Assembly (NCBI GenBank): GCA_028287465.1
Contig: JAQBPO010000033.1
Location: 4,688-68,687 of the forward strand
Source: Fibrobacterota bacterium
Lineage (GTDB): Bacteria > Fibrobacterota > Fibrobacteria > UBA11236
Length of the DNA: 64,000 nucleotides
Direction: 5' to 3'
The notes under the pieces are model-generated. The model did not search any database, was not told the origin of the DNA, and saw only the letters and a program-made list of their open reading frames with translations. The translations under genes were made by a program, and so were the position numbers. Positions 29,128 through 39,588 of this stretch are shown piece after piece. Numbering within the stretch: position 1 is the stretch's first letter; every line of letters begins with the position of its first letter.

Positions 29128-29268
29128 CCGCACCATCTCCCGCCGCGGGCATTCCCTTCCCTAAAGGGCGATTTCAGGAATAGTTTCTTCGTCCGTACTA
29201 TATAGTGGGAAAAAGCGTCCTGTTTTCCGACGGTTGTCTTTTGCCGTACGAATGATTGTTTCTGGGGT

Positions 29269-30549
29269 ATGACATGCTTTCAACTGCCTCCCAGCGGCAA
29301 CGCCGTTCCCGTTTCATTTCTGCTCGAAGCGGGCGATGACGATTTCGCCGGCGCGTTTTCCGCCCACAGCGGTTATCCCGTCGAACGCATCCTCCTCGCG
29401 TCCTCCGGCGCATCCGCCCTCTATATCGCCCTGCGGGGCCTCGCGGCACTCAATCCGGGCAAGCGCGGCGTGGCCCTGCCCGCCTGGTGCTGCCCTTCCG
29501 TTCCGCAGACCGTGATCCAGGCCGGCCTGGAACCGGTCCTGGTGGACATGGATCCCGCGACCTTGGGATACGATGCCGAATCCCTGCGCCAGGTCCGGGC
29601 CGCCCGCGGAGACGGCCTGCTGGCGGTTCTGCTGGTGCACTTCTTCGGGATATCCCAACCCCGGCCCGCCGGCGACTGGGAAGGGACCGCCTTCCTGCGC
29701 GATTGCGCCCAGGATTTCGATCATCGCTTCGATGCGGAGGATGATGCGGCCTGCTTCTACAGCTTCGGCAGGGGCAAGGCCCTCAATGCCGGCCATGGCG
29801 GCGCCCTGTGCCTCCCCGCATCCGGACCGTTGCTCGCCGCATGCCGCTCGGCGATCGCGGAATTGCCCGTCGCCCACGACCGCACCTTGCCCAAGGCCAT
29901 GGCGATCAACATGCTCTCGCAGCCGCGCCTGTTCTGGGCGCTCTCCCACGTGCCCTTCCTGGGGATAGGCGCCACGGTCTGGAAGAAAACCATGACCTTC
30001 GAAAGCATCGCGCCGGAATTCCACGCGCCCGGGTCGGCTTGCCTGGAAGCCTACCTGCAGCGCCGCGACTTCTACCGCAAGCTTATCGCCAAGTATCGCC
30101 ATTTGCTGCATTCCTGCGACGGGGACATGGTGTTCAGCCCGGTGACCGGTTCCGCGCATATGGGCCTCCCCACCCGCTTTCCCCTGATCGTGCGCGACCC
30201 GGCCTTGCGGAACGCGATTTTCCAGGGCATCAATTCCCGCTTCGGAGGGGTAACCCGCATGTATCCGGACATCCTGCCCGCGTTGGCGGGGGCCCCGGAG
30301 GATTTGGGCGGCGGACGGGAGTACCCGGGAGCCACCAGGGTCGCCGGCGAAATCCTGACCTTGCCGGTAACGGCGGAATTGATGGGGCGGGAAGATCGGT
30401 TCCTGGATTGCCTGGCGGGAATCCTGGAAGCGAATGGAGCCATGCGGAAGCGCTCGATGGCCGTCTCCGGAACGGATGGGGATTGGACCCCGATCCGGAG
30501 GCCGTCGCGGCCCGGCCTGCGCCGCCCGACCTTGTTTCCGAGCGCCTAG
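29269..30549 (+). CDS. DegT/DnrJ/EryC1/StrS-family PLP-dependent sugar aminotransferase
   Basis: 426 aa. Fold-type I AT with candidate PLP-lysine in SFGRGKALNAG. Confidence 0.68.
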   Translation: MTCFQLPPSGNAVPVSFLLEAGDDDFAGAFSAHSGYPVERILLASSGASALYIALRGLAALNPGKRGVALPAWCCPSVPQTVIQAGLEPVLVDMDPATLGYDAESLRQVRAARGDGLLAVLLVHFFGISQPRPAGDWEGTAFLRDCAQDFDHRFDAEDDAACFYSFGRGKALNAGHGGALCLPASGPLLAACRSAIAELPVAHDRTLPKAMAINMLSQPRLFWALSHVPFLGIGATVWKKTMTFESIAPEFHAPGSACLEAYLQRRDFYRKLIAKYRHLLHSCDGDMVFSPVTGSAHMGLPTRFPLIVRDPALRNAIFQGINSRFGGVTRMYPDILPALAGAPEDLGGGREYPGATRVAGEILTLPVTAELMGREDRFLDCLAGILEANGAMRKRSMAVSGTDGDWTPIRRPSRPGLRRPTLFPSA

Positions 30550-30572
30550 GCCGGGGCCGGCCCGTACCCGGC
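30550..30572. terminator. GC-rich hairpin between convergent genes (degT-like + strand, prsR - strand)
   Basis: GCCGGG...CCCGGC stem with the palindromic core GGGCCGGCCC. No U-tract. Confidence 0.3.
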
Positions 30573-30573
30573 T

Positions 30574-31944
30574 TCAGTCCGTATTCTTCTCTTCCATCTT
30601 CGCTTCCATCTGGACCGTGATGCCGTTCTTCTTCATCATGTCGTAGAGGGTGGGCCGGGTGAGGCCCGTGACCTTGGCGGCCAGGCTGATATTGCCCTTT
30701 GCCTGCTTGAGCGCATTGAGGATGAAATTGCGATCGAACATCTGCCGGGCCTCGCGGTAGGAGAGCACGGTGAAGGACGTTTCCGAAAGCTGCATGTCCT
30801 CCGCCTCGATGACCTGGCCCGAACAGGTGATGGAGGCCCGATTGAGCTTGTTCTCCAGTTCGCGCACGTTCCCGGGCCAGCTGTAATTGAGCAGCATCTG
30901 CTCGGCGCGCTTGCTCAGCTTAAGGCGCGGCTGCCCGAACTTCAGGCGGTTGCCCTCGATGATCGCGGCGGCGATCAAGGGGATATCGTCCTTGCGGTCC
31001 CGCAAGGGGGGCAGGTGGATCTCGAATTCGCTCAGGCGATAGTAGAGATCCGTGCGCATGGCCGGATTGTCCTTCTCGGCCAGGTTGGTCTTGTTCGTGG
31101 CCGCGATGATGCGCACGTTGAGGGAGCGGAAGGTGGTCTCCCCTACGCGCTGGAGCTTCTGATCCTGCAGGAAGCGCAAGAGCTTGACCTGCAGGGGCAT
31201 GGGCATATCGCCTATCTCGTCCAGGAACAGGGTACCCTTGTGCGCGGACTCGATGAGGCCCATCTTGTCCGTATTGGCCCCGGTGAAGGCGCCCTTCACG
31301 TAACCGAAAAGCTCCGACTCCATAAGGCTCGCGGGGATGGAACCGCAGTTGATGGGGACGAAGATCTCGTTGCGGCGGTTGCTGTGGTAATGGATGGCGC
31401 GCGCGCACAGTTCCTTGCCGGTGCCGCTCTCCCCCGTCAGGAGCACGTTCACGTCCGTCTTGGCCAGCTTGCGGATATGCTCGAAGATCTTGCGCATGGG
31501 CTCGCTCTGGCCGATCATGAGGTTGTCGGCCTCGCTGGGCATCCCCACCGCGGCCTTTTCCACGGCCGGCTTCTCCAGGGTGCCGATGCGGCAGGCGCGC
31601 GCCAGGATCACCTTCAGCTCCTCGATGTCCACGGGCTTGTGCAGGAAGTCGAAGGCCCCGCGTTCCACCGCGCGGCTGCCCAGATCCGAGCTCATATTGG
31701 AGGTGATCACGATGATCTTGGCCAGCCGGTCCTCGTGCAGCACCGCGTCGATGATGTCCAGGCCGCGTTCGGGCTTGTTCTCGAGGCCCATGTCCAGGCA
31801 GATCACGCTCGGGCGGTGGCGGCGCAGGGCCACCAGGCTGCCTTCCAGGGTTTCGGCCTCAAGGACCTCGAAATCGGAATTGAGGGCCCACTTCATCTGC
31901 TCCCGCAAGCCGGCATTGTCCTCGACCAATAGCAATTTGACCAT
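30574..31944 (-). CDS. prsR: sigma-54-dependent response regulator (PEP-CTERM-box regulator PrsR-like)
   Basis: 456 aa. REC domain ([13 protein letters not shown]...D), AAA+ sigma-54 activation domain ([21 protein letters not shown]) and C-terminal Fis-type HTH. Downstream of prsK, in an XrtA context. Confidence 0.85.
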   Translation of the reverse strand: MVKLLLVEDNAGLREQMKWALNSDFEVLEAETLEGSLVALRRHRPSVICLDMGLENKPERGLDIIDAVLHEDRLAKIIVITSNMSSDLGSRAVERGAFDFLHKPVDIEELKVILARACRIGTLEKPAVEKAAVGMPSEADNLMIGQSEPMRKIFEHIRKLAKTDVNVLLTGESGTGKELCARAIHYHSNRRNEIFVPINCGSIPASLMESELFGYVKGAFTGANTDKMGLIESAHKGTLFLDEIGDMPMPLQVKLLRFLQDQKLQRVGETTFRSLNVRIIAATNKTNLAEKDNPAMRTDLYYRLSEFEIHLPPLRDRKDDIPLIAAAIIEGNRLKFGQPRLKLSKRAEQMLLNYSWPGNVRELENKLNRASITCSGQVIEAEDMQLSETSFTVLSYREARQMFDRNFILNALKQAKGNISLAAKVTGLTRPTLYDMMKKNGITVQMEAKMEEKNTD

Positions 31945-31991
31945 GCGGCCTCATTTCGGGTTCGTCATGAAAGGGTAAACCGGAAAGATAG

Positions 31992-34220
31992 TCACGGTGC
32001 TCGGGGCCTGTCCTCGTCCGCCGTTTCCGCGGCCCCGTGCGGCTGCGCGGCCGCCGCGAGCAAAAGGCAGAACCGGGTCCCTTTTCCCGGTTCGGAATGG
32101 CACAGGATCCGTCCCCGCATCTTTTCCATAAGGGTCTTGCACTGGTACAAGCCGATGCCCACGCCCTTTTCCTTGGTGGTCGCGAAGGGTTGGAAAAGGC
32201 GGTTGCGCACGAATTCCCGGTCCATGCCCACGCCGGAATCCTCCACCAGGACGAAGGCGCCGTACCCGGCGAAGAACCGTTCCCCTCCGCCGTACAGGTC
32301 CCTGAGGCGCGCCGGCGCGGATTTGCCCAAAGGCCCGTAACTCAGGGCGAGCCTCCCGGGCGGACCGCCGGCAGGCATCGCCTCCAGGGCGTTGTTCACC
32401 AGGTTGCGGATCACGAAGAACAGCGCGGACCGATCCATGGGGACCTCGACGGGATCCTCGCCGGAAAGGTCGAAGGCGATTTCCGGCAAGGCGGTCAACC
32501 CGGAATTGGAGACCACCTCGTCCAAAAGGGGACGCAGGGGATGGGGCGACAGCTCGGGATTCCGGTCTTTCGGCCCCACGGACAACCGGTCGATCAGGCT
32601 TTGCAGGTTCACGGCGCAGCCCTTGATCGAACTCAACATGCTGGTCTGGAAGGACGGGTTGCCCAGGTTCTTTTCCGCGTTCCTGAGCAGAAGGCTCAGG
32701 GTGGCGATCTGGTTCTTGATATCGTGGATGATGAAGGACGCCACGTGGTGGAAGGACTCGAACTGCTTCTGCTCGATCCGCTCCTTGAACACCCGGTTCT
32801 TGAAGATCACGTCCCCGATCGAGTTCGTGAATACGGCGATGAGGGCCAGGTCCTCCTCGTCGAAGGGGTACCCGCGCCCTCCTTGCAGGGCCAGGATCCC
32901 GGCCAGCCTTTCGCCGATGAAGATGGGGAAGATCCCGTCCAGGCGCAACCTTCCCACCAGCGGCTCCTCGCGCGCTTCCTCGCGGAGGGCGCTCCCTTCT
33001 TCGCCGGAGGCGATGAGGTCGACCGGTCTTCCCTCGCGGGCCAGCATGCGGGTCAGCGGGCTGTCGCCGCTCACGGCCAGCCCCCTTTGCGTCGCCTCCT
33101 CCTTGTTCTCATGCAGGTAGAAGTTCCCGTCCTGCCAATTGAGGATGAAGAAATAGGCGTCGTCGACGGTGACGGAGTACTTCATGTTCTCCACCAGCTC
33201 GGTGATGGCCCTGTCGAGGTCCGCGCCGGACATGGAGGTCTTGTGCAGGCGGAAGAACTGCTCCTGGTAATCGTACTTGCGGGAGTAGAACTGGTGGTTG
33301 ATGAACCGCGAGATGCGCCGCCGCATGGTGCCGGAGCCCAGCACCAGCACGGCCAGCAGGCACAGGGTGAACCCCACCAGGAAATTCTCGAAATAGGTGA
33401 AGTCCATCCGCAGCCAGCGGAAGACGAATATGGTCAAGGCCACCCCGAGGAAGGACGCGCCGGTCAGGAACACCGTCGCGGAGGTGTACATGGTGTCCCT
33501 GGGTATGGAGATGAGCTCGGATCCCAGGCGGTACCGGATGAAGCCGGCCAGCACCACCGGATACAGGATGCCGTAGACCACGGAGGACGCTTCCGCGAAA
33601 TGATCGGGAAGCTCCCGGTAGAGAAGCACCCGGGACAGGTAGACCACGTGGAAGATGGCGAGGCTCCCCAATCCGATGAAGCACAACCGGGCGATGCGGC
33701 GCTGGTAGTCCTTGGCGAAGCGGTAGGCGCCTTCGAGCAGGTACAGGACATAGATGGCCATCAGCACCCGCGCGGCCGGGATGAGGAGCGCCGCCCCCTG
33801 GAAAAGGACTCCGGGGGATCCGATGGTGCCGGCGGCGGTGACCTGGCCCGGCCACCAGGTGAGGGCCACGCAGGCCGCGGTCACGGCAATGCCGGCCGGG
33901 AAAACGGGAATCCTCCAACGCCCCAGGCCCCATTCCGTCGCCTCCTGATCGTCCCTGGCACGGAGGAAATGGCGGGTCAACTCCAGGATCAGCAGGGAAA
34001 TCATCGATCCCAGGGAGAGGAGGATGCGCTGGAACCGCAGCCATTCCTCGGCCGAGGCCGTGAAGACGGCGATGTAGGCGACCCACAGGTGGGCCACGAA
34101 AAGGCCGCTGAGGGTGAGGAGGACGAGCCGCTGCGCCTTGCGGTAGGATTTGAAAAGGACCATGAAGCCGAGCGCGAGATCGGCGAGGGTGCCGAGTACG
34201 AGGAAACCCAGGATCAACAC
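31992..34220 (-). CDS. prsK: PEP-CTERM system histidine kinase PrsK-like (multi-TM sensor, GAF-like region, HisKA, HATPase_c)
   Basis: 742 aa. About 10 N-terminal TM helices. H-box (HDIKNQIATLSLL) and C-terminal ATPase G-boxes. Immediately upstream of prsR. Confidence 0.8.
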   Translation of the reverse strand: MLILGFLVLGTLADLALGFMVLFKSYRKAQRLVLLTLSGLFVAHLWVAYIAVFTASAEEWLRFQRILLSLGSMISLLILELTRHFLRARDDQEATEWGLGRWRIPVFPAGIAVTAACVALTWWPGQVTAAGTIGSPGVLFQGAALLIPAARVLMAIYVLYLLEGAYRFAKDYQRRIARLCFIGLGSLAIFHVVYLSRVLLYRELPDHFAEASSVVYGILYPVVLAGFIRYRLGSELISIPRDTMYTSATVFLTGASFLGVALTIFVFRWLRMDFTYFENFLVGFTLCLLAVLVLGSGTMRRRISRFINHQFYSRKYDYQEQFFRLHKTSMSGADLDRAITELVENMKYSVTVDDAYFFILNWQDGNFYLHENKEEATQRGLAVSGDSPLTRMLAREGRPVDLIASGEEGSALREEAREEPLVGRLRLDGIFPIFIGERLAGILALQGGRGYPFDEEDLALIAVFTNSIGDVIFKNRVFKERIEQKQFESFHHVASFIIHDIKNQIATLSLLLRNAEKNLGNPSFQTSMLSSIKGCAVNLQSLIDRLSVGPKDRNPELSPHPLRPLLDEVVSNSGLTALPEIAFDLSGEDPVEVPMDRSALFFVIRNLVNNALEAMPAGGPPGRLALSYGPLGKSAPARLRDLYGGGERFFAGYGAFVLVEDSGVGMDREFVRNRLFQPFATTKEKGVGIGLYQCKTLMEKMRGRILCHSEPGKGTRFCLLLAAAAQPHGAAETADEDRPRAP

Positions 34221-34226
34221 CCGGGG

Positions 34227-36698
34227 TTATCCCTCTTGCGCGTTCGGCGCGGGTTGGACCTGGTAATAGTAGGAGTACTTCTTGTAGCGGTTCGCCTCGA
34301 ACGGGGAGGTTTTCACCCTGTTGAGGAGGGCGGACACCTTGAGGTTCCGCTCCTTCAGGAATTCGACCGCGTCGCGCGCTTCCGAGGCCAGGGTCATTCC
34401 CGACCGGCAGACGAAAATGATCCCGTCGACCGCCTCGGCCAGGGACAGCGGCTCAGGGGTGATCATGACCGGGGGCGTGTCGATGATGACCACGTCGAAC
34501 TGCTCCCGGGCCAGCAGGAGGAAGTCCTTGAAGCGATCGGAGCTGATCAGTTCGCTGGCGTTGGCGTTGGACGCCTTGCAGGGCGCCACGATCAGGTTCT
34601 GCTGCAAGGTGGGCAGGAAGGCCAGGGAGACCGACTCCATCAGCTGTTCCCCGCGGATGTCGGGTTGATCCAGGATGGTGTCGATGCCCGTCGGCACGTT
34701 CAGGTTGAAGATCTTCGCCACCCGGCCCAACCGGAAATCCGCGTCGATGAGCAAGGTGCGTTTGCCCTTGCGCGCGAACGTGACCGCGAGGTTCGCCGAG
34801 CAGGTCGACTTGCCTTCGTGCGGGCGGGAAGAGGTGACCATCAGGCAGTAGCGGCCGGGATGGGCGGGATTCCGGAAGGAGTTCTCGATCTCCTCCCGCA
34901 CCAGGCGGAACGTCTCGATGTCCTCGAGCTGCGACCAGGCCCCGTGGATGAGCAGGAGGGGATCCACCCGGCTCGGTCTCGCCTCCTCTTCCGGCGCGAT
35001 CTTGCCGCGACCGGACTTGGGGCGCTTGACCCGCCTTTCCGTCACTACGCCCAGGGTCCTGAGGCTCAGCAGGCGGCGCACATCGTCCTTGGTCCAGATC
35101 TTGATGATCACGAGGGACCAAGCGAGGACCAGCCCAGGGACGACGAGCAGAAGGAGGAGCACGGCCGAGGCCGCTATCAACAGGCGCGTCTTATGGGAAG
35201 GCGGTTCGTACAAGGCCGGGCGGGCCGGATCCACCACGGAAACCTTGAAGAACTCGGAGCCGGTGACCAGCTTGGCGCGATTGTAGCTTTCAAGCAGGCG
35301 ATCGTAGATGTTCTGGCTGTTCTTGTTGACGTTGTTCAGCCGTTCCAGCTCGAGCTGGAACTTCACCGCCGGGCGGGAATTGCCCCGGGGCGCGTTGCCG
35401 GCCATCCGCAGCCGCAGATCCGAAAGGTCCAGGTCCATCCGGCGCACGAGCGCCGCCTGTATCTCCTCGATCTGCCTGTAGATGCTGTCCTTTTCGGCCT
35501 CCACTTCGAGGATCTTCGGGTGTTCCGGACCGAGCGATGTCCGGTATCCCAGTTGGCGGCTGTTCAGCTCCTGCAGGCTGGCGCGCAGGATGTTCGCCTT
35601 GGCCTCCCCCGCTTCCGCCATGGCCACCAATAGCTCCGAGGCCCAGAAGAAATTCTTTTCCGGGGGGGCGTTCTGCTCCTTGGCCGCGAAGGCCTGCACC
35701 ACGCGCCTCTTGCGCTGCTCGAGGCTTTCGATCTTCTGGCGGGCGTCCAGGTAGGCCAGGTTGTCCCCCTGGGACTGGCCCGCCTGCTGGGAGAGTTCCG
35801 GATGTTCGGCATAGTAATGGGAGAGCTCGTCCTGGCTCTTCTCCAGCTTTTCCTTCGCCAAATCGAGATCCTTCTCCATCTGGACCAGGATGCCCACGTC
35901 CTGCACTTCCGTGGTGCCGTAGTAGACGTCGAGGAACTGCTTCTGCAGGGTGTTCAGGATGTCCGCCACCAGCCAGGGATCCCGGTCCTTCAGGCGGATC
36001 TCGAAATTGCCTCCGCCCAATGGGCGGGCCGACATGCCCTTGCGCAGCTCCCTATAGGTCTTGTCGAACTCTTCGAAGGCCAATTCCACGCGGTTGCCGC
36101 GGACGCCGGAAAGGAATTCCGGGGTGAAGGCCATTTCCAGCCCGGGCATGGACAACCGGCCTTCGCTTTGCAGGCTGCCGCTGAAAATCTTGTATTCGGA
36201 TCCTCCCTCCGGAGGTTTGTAGGTTACGATCGCCTTGGATCCCCTTTTTTCCAGGGCGATGGAATAGGTGCCCAGGCCCAGGCCGTCCGTGTAACGCAGA
36301 TCCTTGAAGACATCCTTCTGGAACAGATCGGGAGTGGTGATCCGCAAACGCATCCCGAGCTTGCGGATGGTGCCGTCCAGGACCTGGAAGCTGTTCAGGA
36401 TGCTGATGATGCTCTGGCCCTGGGTGATCGCCACGTCCCGCATCACGTTTGTCTGCGCCCCGATCACTTCCGGAAAGCGCATCACCGTGGTGGCATAGTA
36501 TGATTTCGGGAGATCGAAGATGGAAAGCACGGAACCGACCGGAACGGCGATCACGAGCCAAGCGATCAGCGCGACCCATTTCCTGAGCCACAGGATGTGG
36601 AAGAGGCTGGTGACGGATGGTATTTTGCGGGGGGAGAAGGGCAACTCCTCCGTCTCCGCTGTATCGTGATCGTCAGGGGAGGAGGTGCTGCGGTTCAT
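34227..36698 (-). CDS. polysaccharide co-polymerase / BY-kinase (fused Wzc/EpsF-EpsG-like), paralog 2
   Basis: 823 aa. Same architecture as paralog 1. Walker A TSSRPHEGKS, A' IDADFR, B VVIIDTPPV, Tyr cluster YKKYSYYY. N-terminal FHILWLRKWVALIAWLVIAVP aligns with paralog 1 FMHVLWLKKWQLMAIWALIAIP. Confidence 0.85.
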   Translation of the reverse strand: MNRSTSSPDDHDTAETEELPFSPRKIPSVTSLFHILWLRKWVALIAWLVIAVPVGSVLSIFDLPKSYYATTVMRFPEVIGAQTNVMRDVAITQGQSIISILNSFQVLDGTIRKLGMRLRITTPDLFQKDVFKDLRYTDGLGLGTYSIALEKRGSKAIVTYKPPEGGSEYKIFSGSLQSEGRLSMPGLEMAFTPEFLSGVRGNRVELAFEEFDKTYRELRKGMSARPLGGGNFEIRLKDRDPWLVADILNTLQKQFLDVYYGTTEVQDVGILVQMEKDLDLAKEKLEKSQDELSHYYAEHPELSQQAGQSQGDNLAYLDARQKIESLEQRKRRVVQAFAAKEQNAPPEKNFFWASELLVAMAEAGEAKANILRASLQELNSRQLGYRTSLGPEHPKILEVEAEKDSIYRQIEEIQAALVRRMDLDLSDLRLRMAGNAPRGNSRPAVKFQLELERLNNVNKNSQNIYDRLLESYNRAKLVTGSEFFKVSVVDPARPALYEPPSHKTRLLIAASAVLLLLLVVPGLVLAWSLVIIKIWTKDDVRRLLSLRTLGVVTERRVKRPKSGRGKIAPEEEARPSRVDPLLLIHGAWSQLEDIETFRLVREEIENSFRNPAHPGRYCLMVTSSRPHEGKSTCSANLAVTFARKGKRTLLIDADFRLGRVAKIFNLNVPTGIDTILDQPDIRGEQLMESVSLAFLPTLQQNLIVAPCKASNANASELISSDRFKDFLLLAREQFDVVIIDTPPVMITPEPLSLAEAVDGIIFVCRSGMTLASEARDAVEFLKERNLKVSALLNRVKTSPFEANRYKKYSYYYQVQPAPNAQEG

Positions 36699-36799
36699 TT
36701 ACGATAGGGAAAGATATGTATTAATTTTGAAGGCTGAATTCTGCTCATTTTCCGGTGGTCGTGCCGTATAAACATACCATTTAACCCCCCTTGGCGGCC

Positions 36800-38707
36800 A
36801 TGAAAAAACTCCTGCTTTTGTTGATTCTTCCCGTACTCGCGGTCGCCGCCTACCTGGTGTGGCAGAACCTCCCGGCCAAGCGCCATGCCAAGCACATGAT
36901 CAAGGCGCGGATGTACGCAAAGGAGAACAATCTCACGGCCGCGCGGCTGGAATACGAAAAGGCCTACCAGGCGGACGGCGTCTACACGCCTTATGCGGAC
37001 CTGGAGGTCCTCAATCTGACGAACCGGGTGAACCTCCAGGACAAGAATCCCGCGGAGGCCCTGAAGAACACCCGGCTTTTCGTCCAGGCGCATCCCACCA
37101 ATAAGGAAGGGAAGATCATCCTGGCCCAACTGGCCTTCCAGGCCGGGGAAAACGAGATCGCCTTCGCGGCCCTCAACTCCATCCTGGAAAAGGACCCCTG
37201 GAATTTCCCGGCCCGCCTCCTGCTCGCCGACGTCAGGGCCAAACAGGGACGATTGGATCTGGCCGAACAGCAGGTGCGGTTCCTTTTCGGGAAATACCCG
37301 GATTCGGTCCGGGTCCTGCTTCCCTTGTCCGAGGTGCTCGTGCAACAGGGCCGAGTCGCCGAAAGCCGGGACCTCCTCGGCCGCATCCTCGCACGCAACC
37401 CCAGGAATCCCAAGGCACGCATCCTGATGATCGACAGCTACCTGAAGGACCGCAATATCGACTCCGCGCAGGCCGTACTGGATGACTGGAAGGACGCGGA
37501 TCCGGACCAGCAACAGGAACTGCAGATCCGCAAGGCCCGGATCTATTCCCTGGGGAACCGCCTCCCCGAGGCCAAGGCCGCCCTCCAGGCCTACCGCGAA
37601 CCCAAGGCCGCCAATCTCCAGGCCCTTTCGGAATTGGCCATCATCCATGCCAAGAACGGTTCCTTCGATTCCGCCATCGCGGTCTATCGCGCCATGGGGG
37701 AAGCCTCCCCTGCCGCCCGCGTGAATGCGGAAAACATGGTCTACTACCTGCACATGAAGAACCAGAACCCGGCCCGGGCCCTGGAAGCCCTCAAGACCCT
37801 CCAGATCACGGATAAGCGGCCCGGGCTCATGCCTCCCCTGGTCGCGGCCTACCTGGCCATCGGACAGGAGAACAAGGCGGATGATTTCATCCGGGAACAA
37901 CCGGACAGCCTCCGCAAATCCCTCGAGGAATTCAAGGCCCAGATGGCGCCGGGAAAGGATTTCATCGGCCAATGGGCCCTCATCGCCTACTACGCCACCA
38001 ATCACCAGGATTGGTGGGCCTTCCAGGCCACCGAAGAGCTTTACCGGAAATGGCCGCGCAGCGAGTTGGCCATCCTGCTCATGACCGCCCAGTTCTCGAC
38101 CCTCGGCCGCGATGCCGATGCCGCCAAGGTCCTCGCCACCTTGGACAAGCCCGGCCTGACCCACAAGGCCGCCCTCCTGAAATTGCTCGGCAAGTCCGGG
38201 CAAAGCGAAAAGGCGATGGCCCTGGCGGAAAAGATGGCCAAGGAATACCCGGGCCTCCAGGGCATCAACGCCACCCTCGCGGATTATTGGATGAAGCGGG
38301 ACAAGGCCAAGGCCATCGGCTATTACGAAAAGGAGCTGGCCCTCAACCCCGGCAATATCGTGGCGCTGAACAACCTCGCATGGGAATTCGGCATCGCCCA
38401 GTCCAACCTGGAAAAGGCCGCGCCCTACCTGGACAAGCTTGAAACCATCCAAAACCTGGACCCGCGCATCATGGACACCATGGGCTGGATCCTGGCCATG
38501 AACGGCAAGCTCGAGGAAGGGGAAAGGCGGATCCGCAACGCTTTGGATCTGGTGCCCGACCAACCGGCCTTCCAATACCACCTCGCCTTCATCCTCGTGA
38601 AGTCCGGGAAGAAGGAAGAGGCCCGCAAGATCCTGGATTCCGCCCTCGCCTCCAGGTTCCCGTTCGACGACCGCAAGGAAGCGGAAAAACTCCTGGCGCA
38701 AATGTGA
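36800..38707 (+). CDS. prsT: TPR-repeat protein, PEP-CTERM system PrsT-like
   Basis: ~635 aa. Signal peptide MKKLLLLLILPVLAVAA, then many TPR-like repeats. The track begins at TTG 36791; the ATG at 36800 is preferred. Directly upstream of the exosortase gene. Confidence 0.72.
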   Translation: MKKLLLLLILPVLAVAAYLVWQNLPAKRHAKHMIKARMYAKENNLTAARLEYEKAYQADGVYTPYADLEVLNLTNRVNLQDKNPAEALKNTRLFVQAHPTNKEGKIILAQLAFQAGENEIAFAALNSILEKDPWNFPARLLLADVRAKQGRLDLAEQQVRFLFGKYPDSVRVLLPLSEVLVQQGRVAESRDLLGRILARNPRNPKARILMIDSYLKDRNIDSAQAVLDDWKDADPDQQQELQIRKARIYSLGNRLPEAKAALQAYREPKAANLQALSELAIIHAKNGSFDSAIAVYRAMGEASPAARVNAENMVYYLHMKNQNPARALEALKTLQITDKRPGLMPPLVAAYLAIGQENKADDFIREQPDSLRKSLEEFKAQMAPGKDFIGQWALIAYYATNHQDWWAFQATEELYRKWPRSELAILLMTAQFSTLGRDADAAKVLATLDKPGLTHKAALLKLLGKSGQSEKAMALAEKMAKEYPGLQGINATLADYWMKRDKAKAIGYYEKELALNPGNIVALNNLAWEFGIAQSNLEKAAPYLDKLETIQNLDPRIMDTMGWILAMNGKLEEGERRIRNALDLVPDQPAFQYHLAFILVKSGKKEEARKILDSALASRFPFDDRKEAEKLLAQM

Positions 38708-39588
38708 TGAAAGGCGCCTGGGTCCTCTTCACCGCCCTGTTGATCGGAAGCTATTTCCCCACCCTGAAGTGGATGATCGAGCGCTGGGACGAGGCCGATT
38801 CGTACATGGCGCACGGCTGGCTCATCCTTCCCATTTCCCTGTTCCTGGCCTGGCGGGATCGGGAAAGGATCCTGCGGGCTCCCAGGTCCGGATCCGCCGC
38901 CGGGTTTTTCATCCTGCTCGCCGCGATCGCCATCCATATGGTGGCGGGCCTGGCGGACGTCTCCTCGATTTCGGGACTGACCCTGGTCCTGGCCCTCTTC
39001 GGATTCGTCCTGTTGCAATTCGGTTGGCCCGTGGCCAGGGCCATGTGGTTCCCCATCGCCTTCCTCGCCTTCATGGTCCCGCCCCCGGAATTCGTGATCA
39101 GCAAGATGAACTTCTCCCTGAAGCTCATCGCGGCCGATTTCGCGACGGGACTCTTGAACCTGGTAGGCCTGCCCGCCATCCGCCAGGGCTCCTTCATGGT
39201 CTTCCAGGACGAACGCCTCGCGGTCGGGGACGTCTGCTCCGGGTTGCGCAGCCTGCTGGCGCTCCTGTCCCTCGGCGTCCTCTATGCCTGGCTGATCCGG
39301 GAAAAAGGCAGGCTCCATGTCCTGGCCATCCTGGCGCTGGCCATTCCGGCGGCCGTCATCGGGAACGGCATCCGCATCTTCCTCGTCTCCTGCCTGGTGA
39401 TCGGGTTGGGCCAGGCCGCGGTCTTCCGCCCCCTGGTGGGATCCTGGGATCTGCACCTGTTCACGGGCTCCGTCATCTTCATCGCCGCGTTTTCCTGCCT
39501 GTACCTGGCGACCCGGTTGCTGGACAAGGTGCGCCCGGAGCGGCCCCTGGCCCGATTGCGGGAAACCGGCCTCAAGGAGCCGGCATGA
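38704..39588 (+). CDS. xrtA: exosortase (XrtA-like transpeptidase)
   Basis: 294 aa, 8 TM helices. Conserved exosortase catalytic Cys in VGDVCSGLRSL, NGIRI (N..R) motif and conserved Arg/His positions. GTG 38704 overlaps the prsT stop as GTGA; an ATG at 38707 is the alternative start. Followed by epsI with ATGA overlap. Confidence 0.85.
   Translation: MMKGAWVLFTALLIGSYFPTLKWMIERWDEADSYMAHGWLILPISLFLAWRDRERILRAPRSGSAAGFFILLAAIAIHMVAGLADVSSISGLTLVLALFGFVLLQFGWPVARAMWFPIAFLAFMVPPPEFVISKMNFSLKLIAADFATGLLNLVGLPAIRQGSFMVFQDERLAVGDVCSGLRSLLALLSLGVLYAWLIREKGRLHVLAILALAIPAAVIGNGIRIFLVSCLVIGLGQAAVFRPLVGSWDLHLFTGSVIFIAAFSCLYLATRLLDKVRPERPLARLRETGLKEPA

Noticed and set aside
32037-35633. 1198-aa plus-strand ORF spanning prsK and wzc2
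   Set aside because: Antisense shadow across two well-supported minus-strand genes; low-complexity composition.
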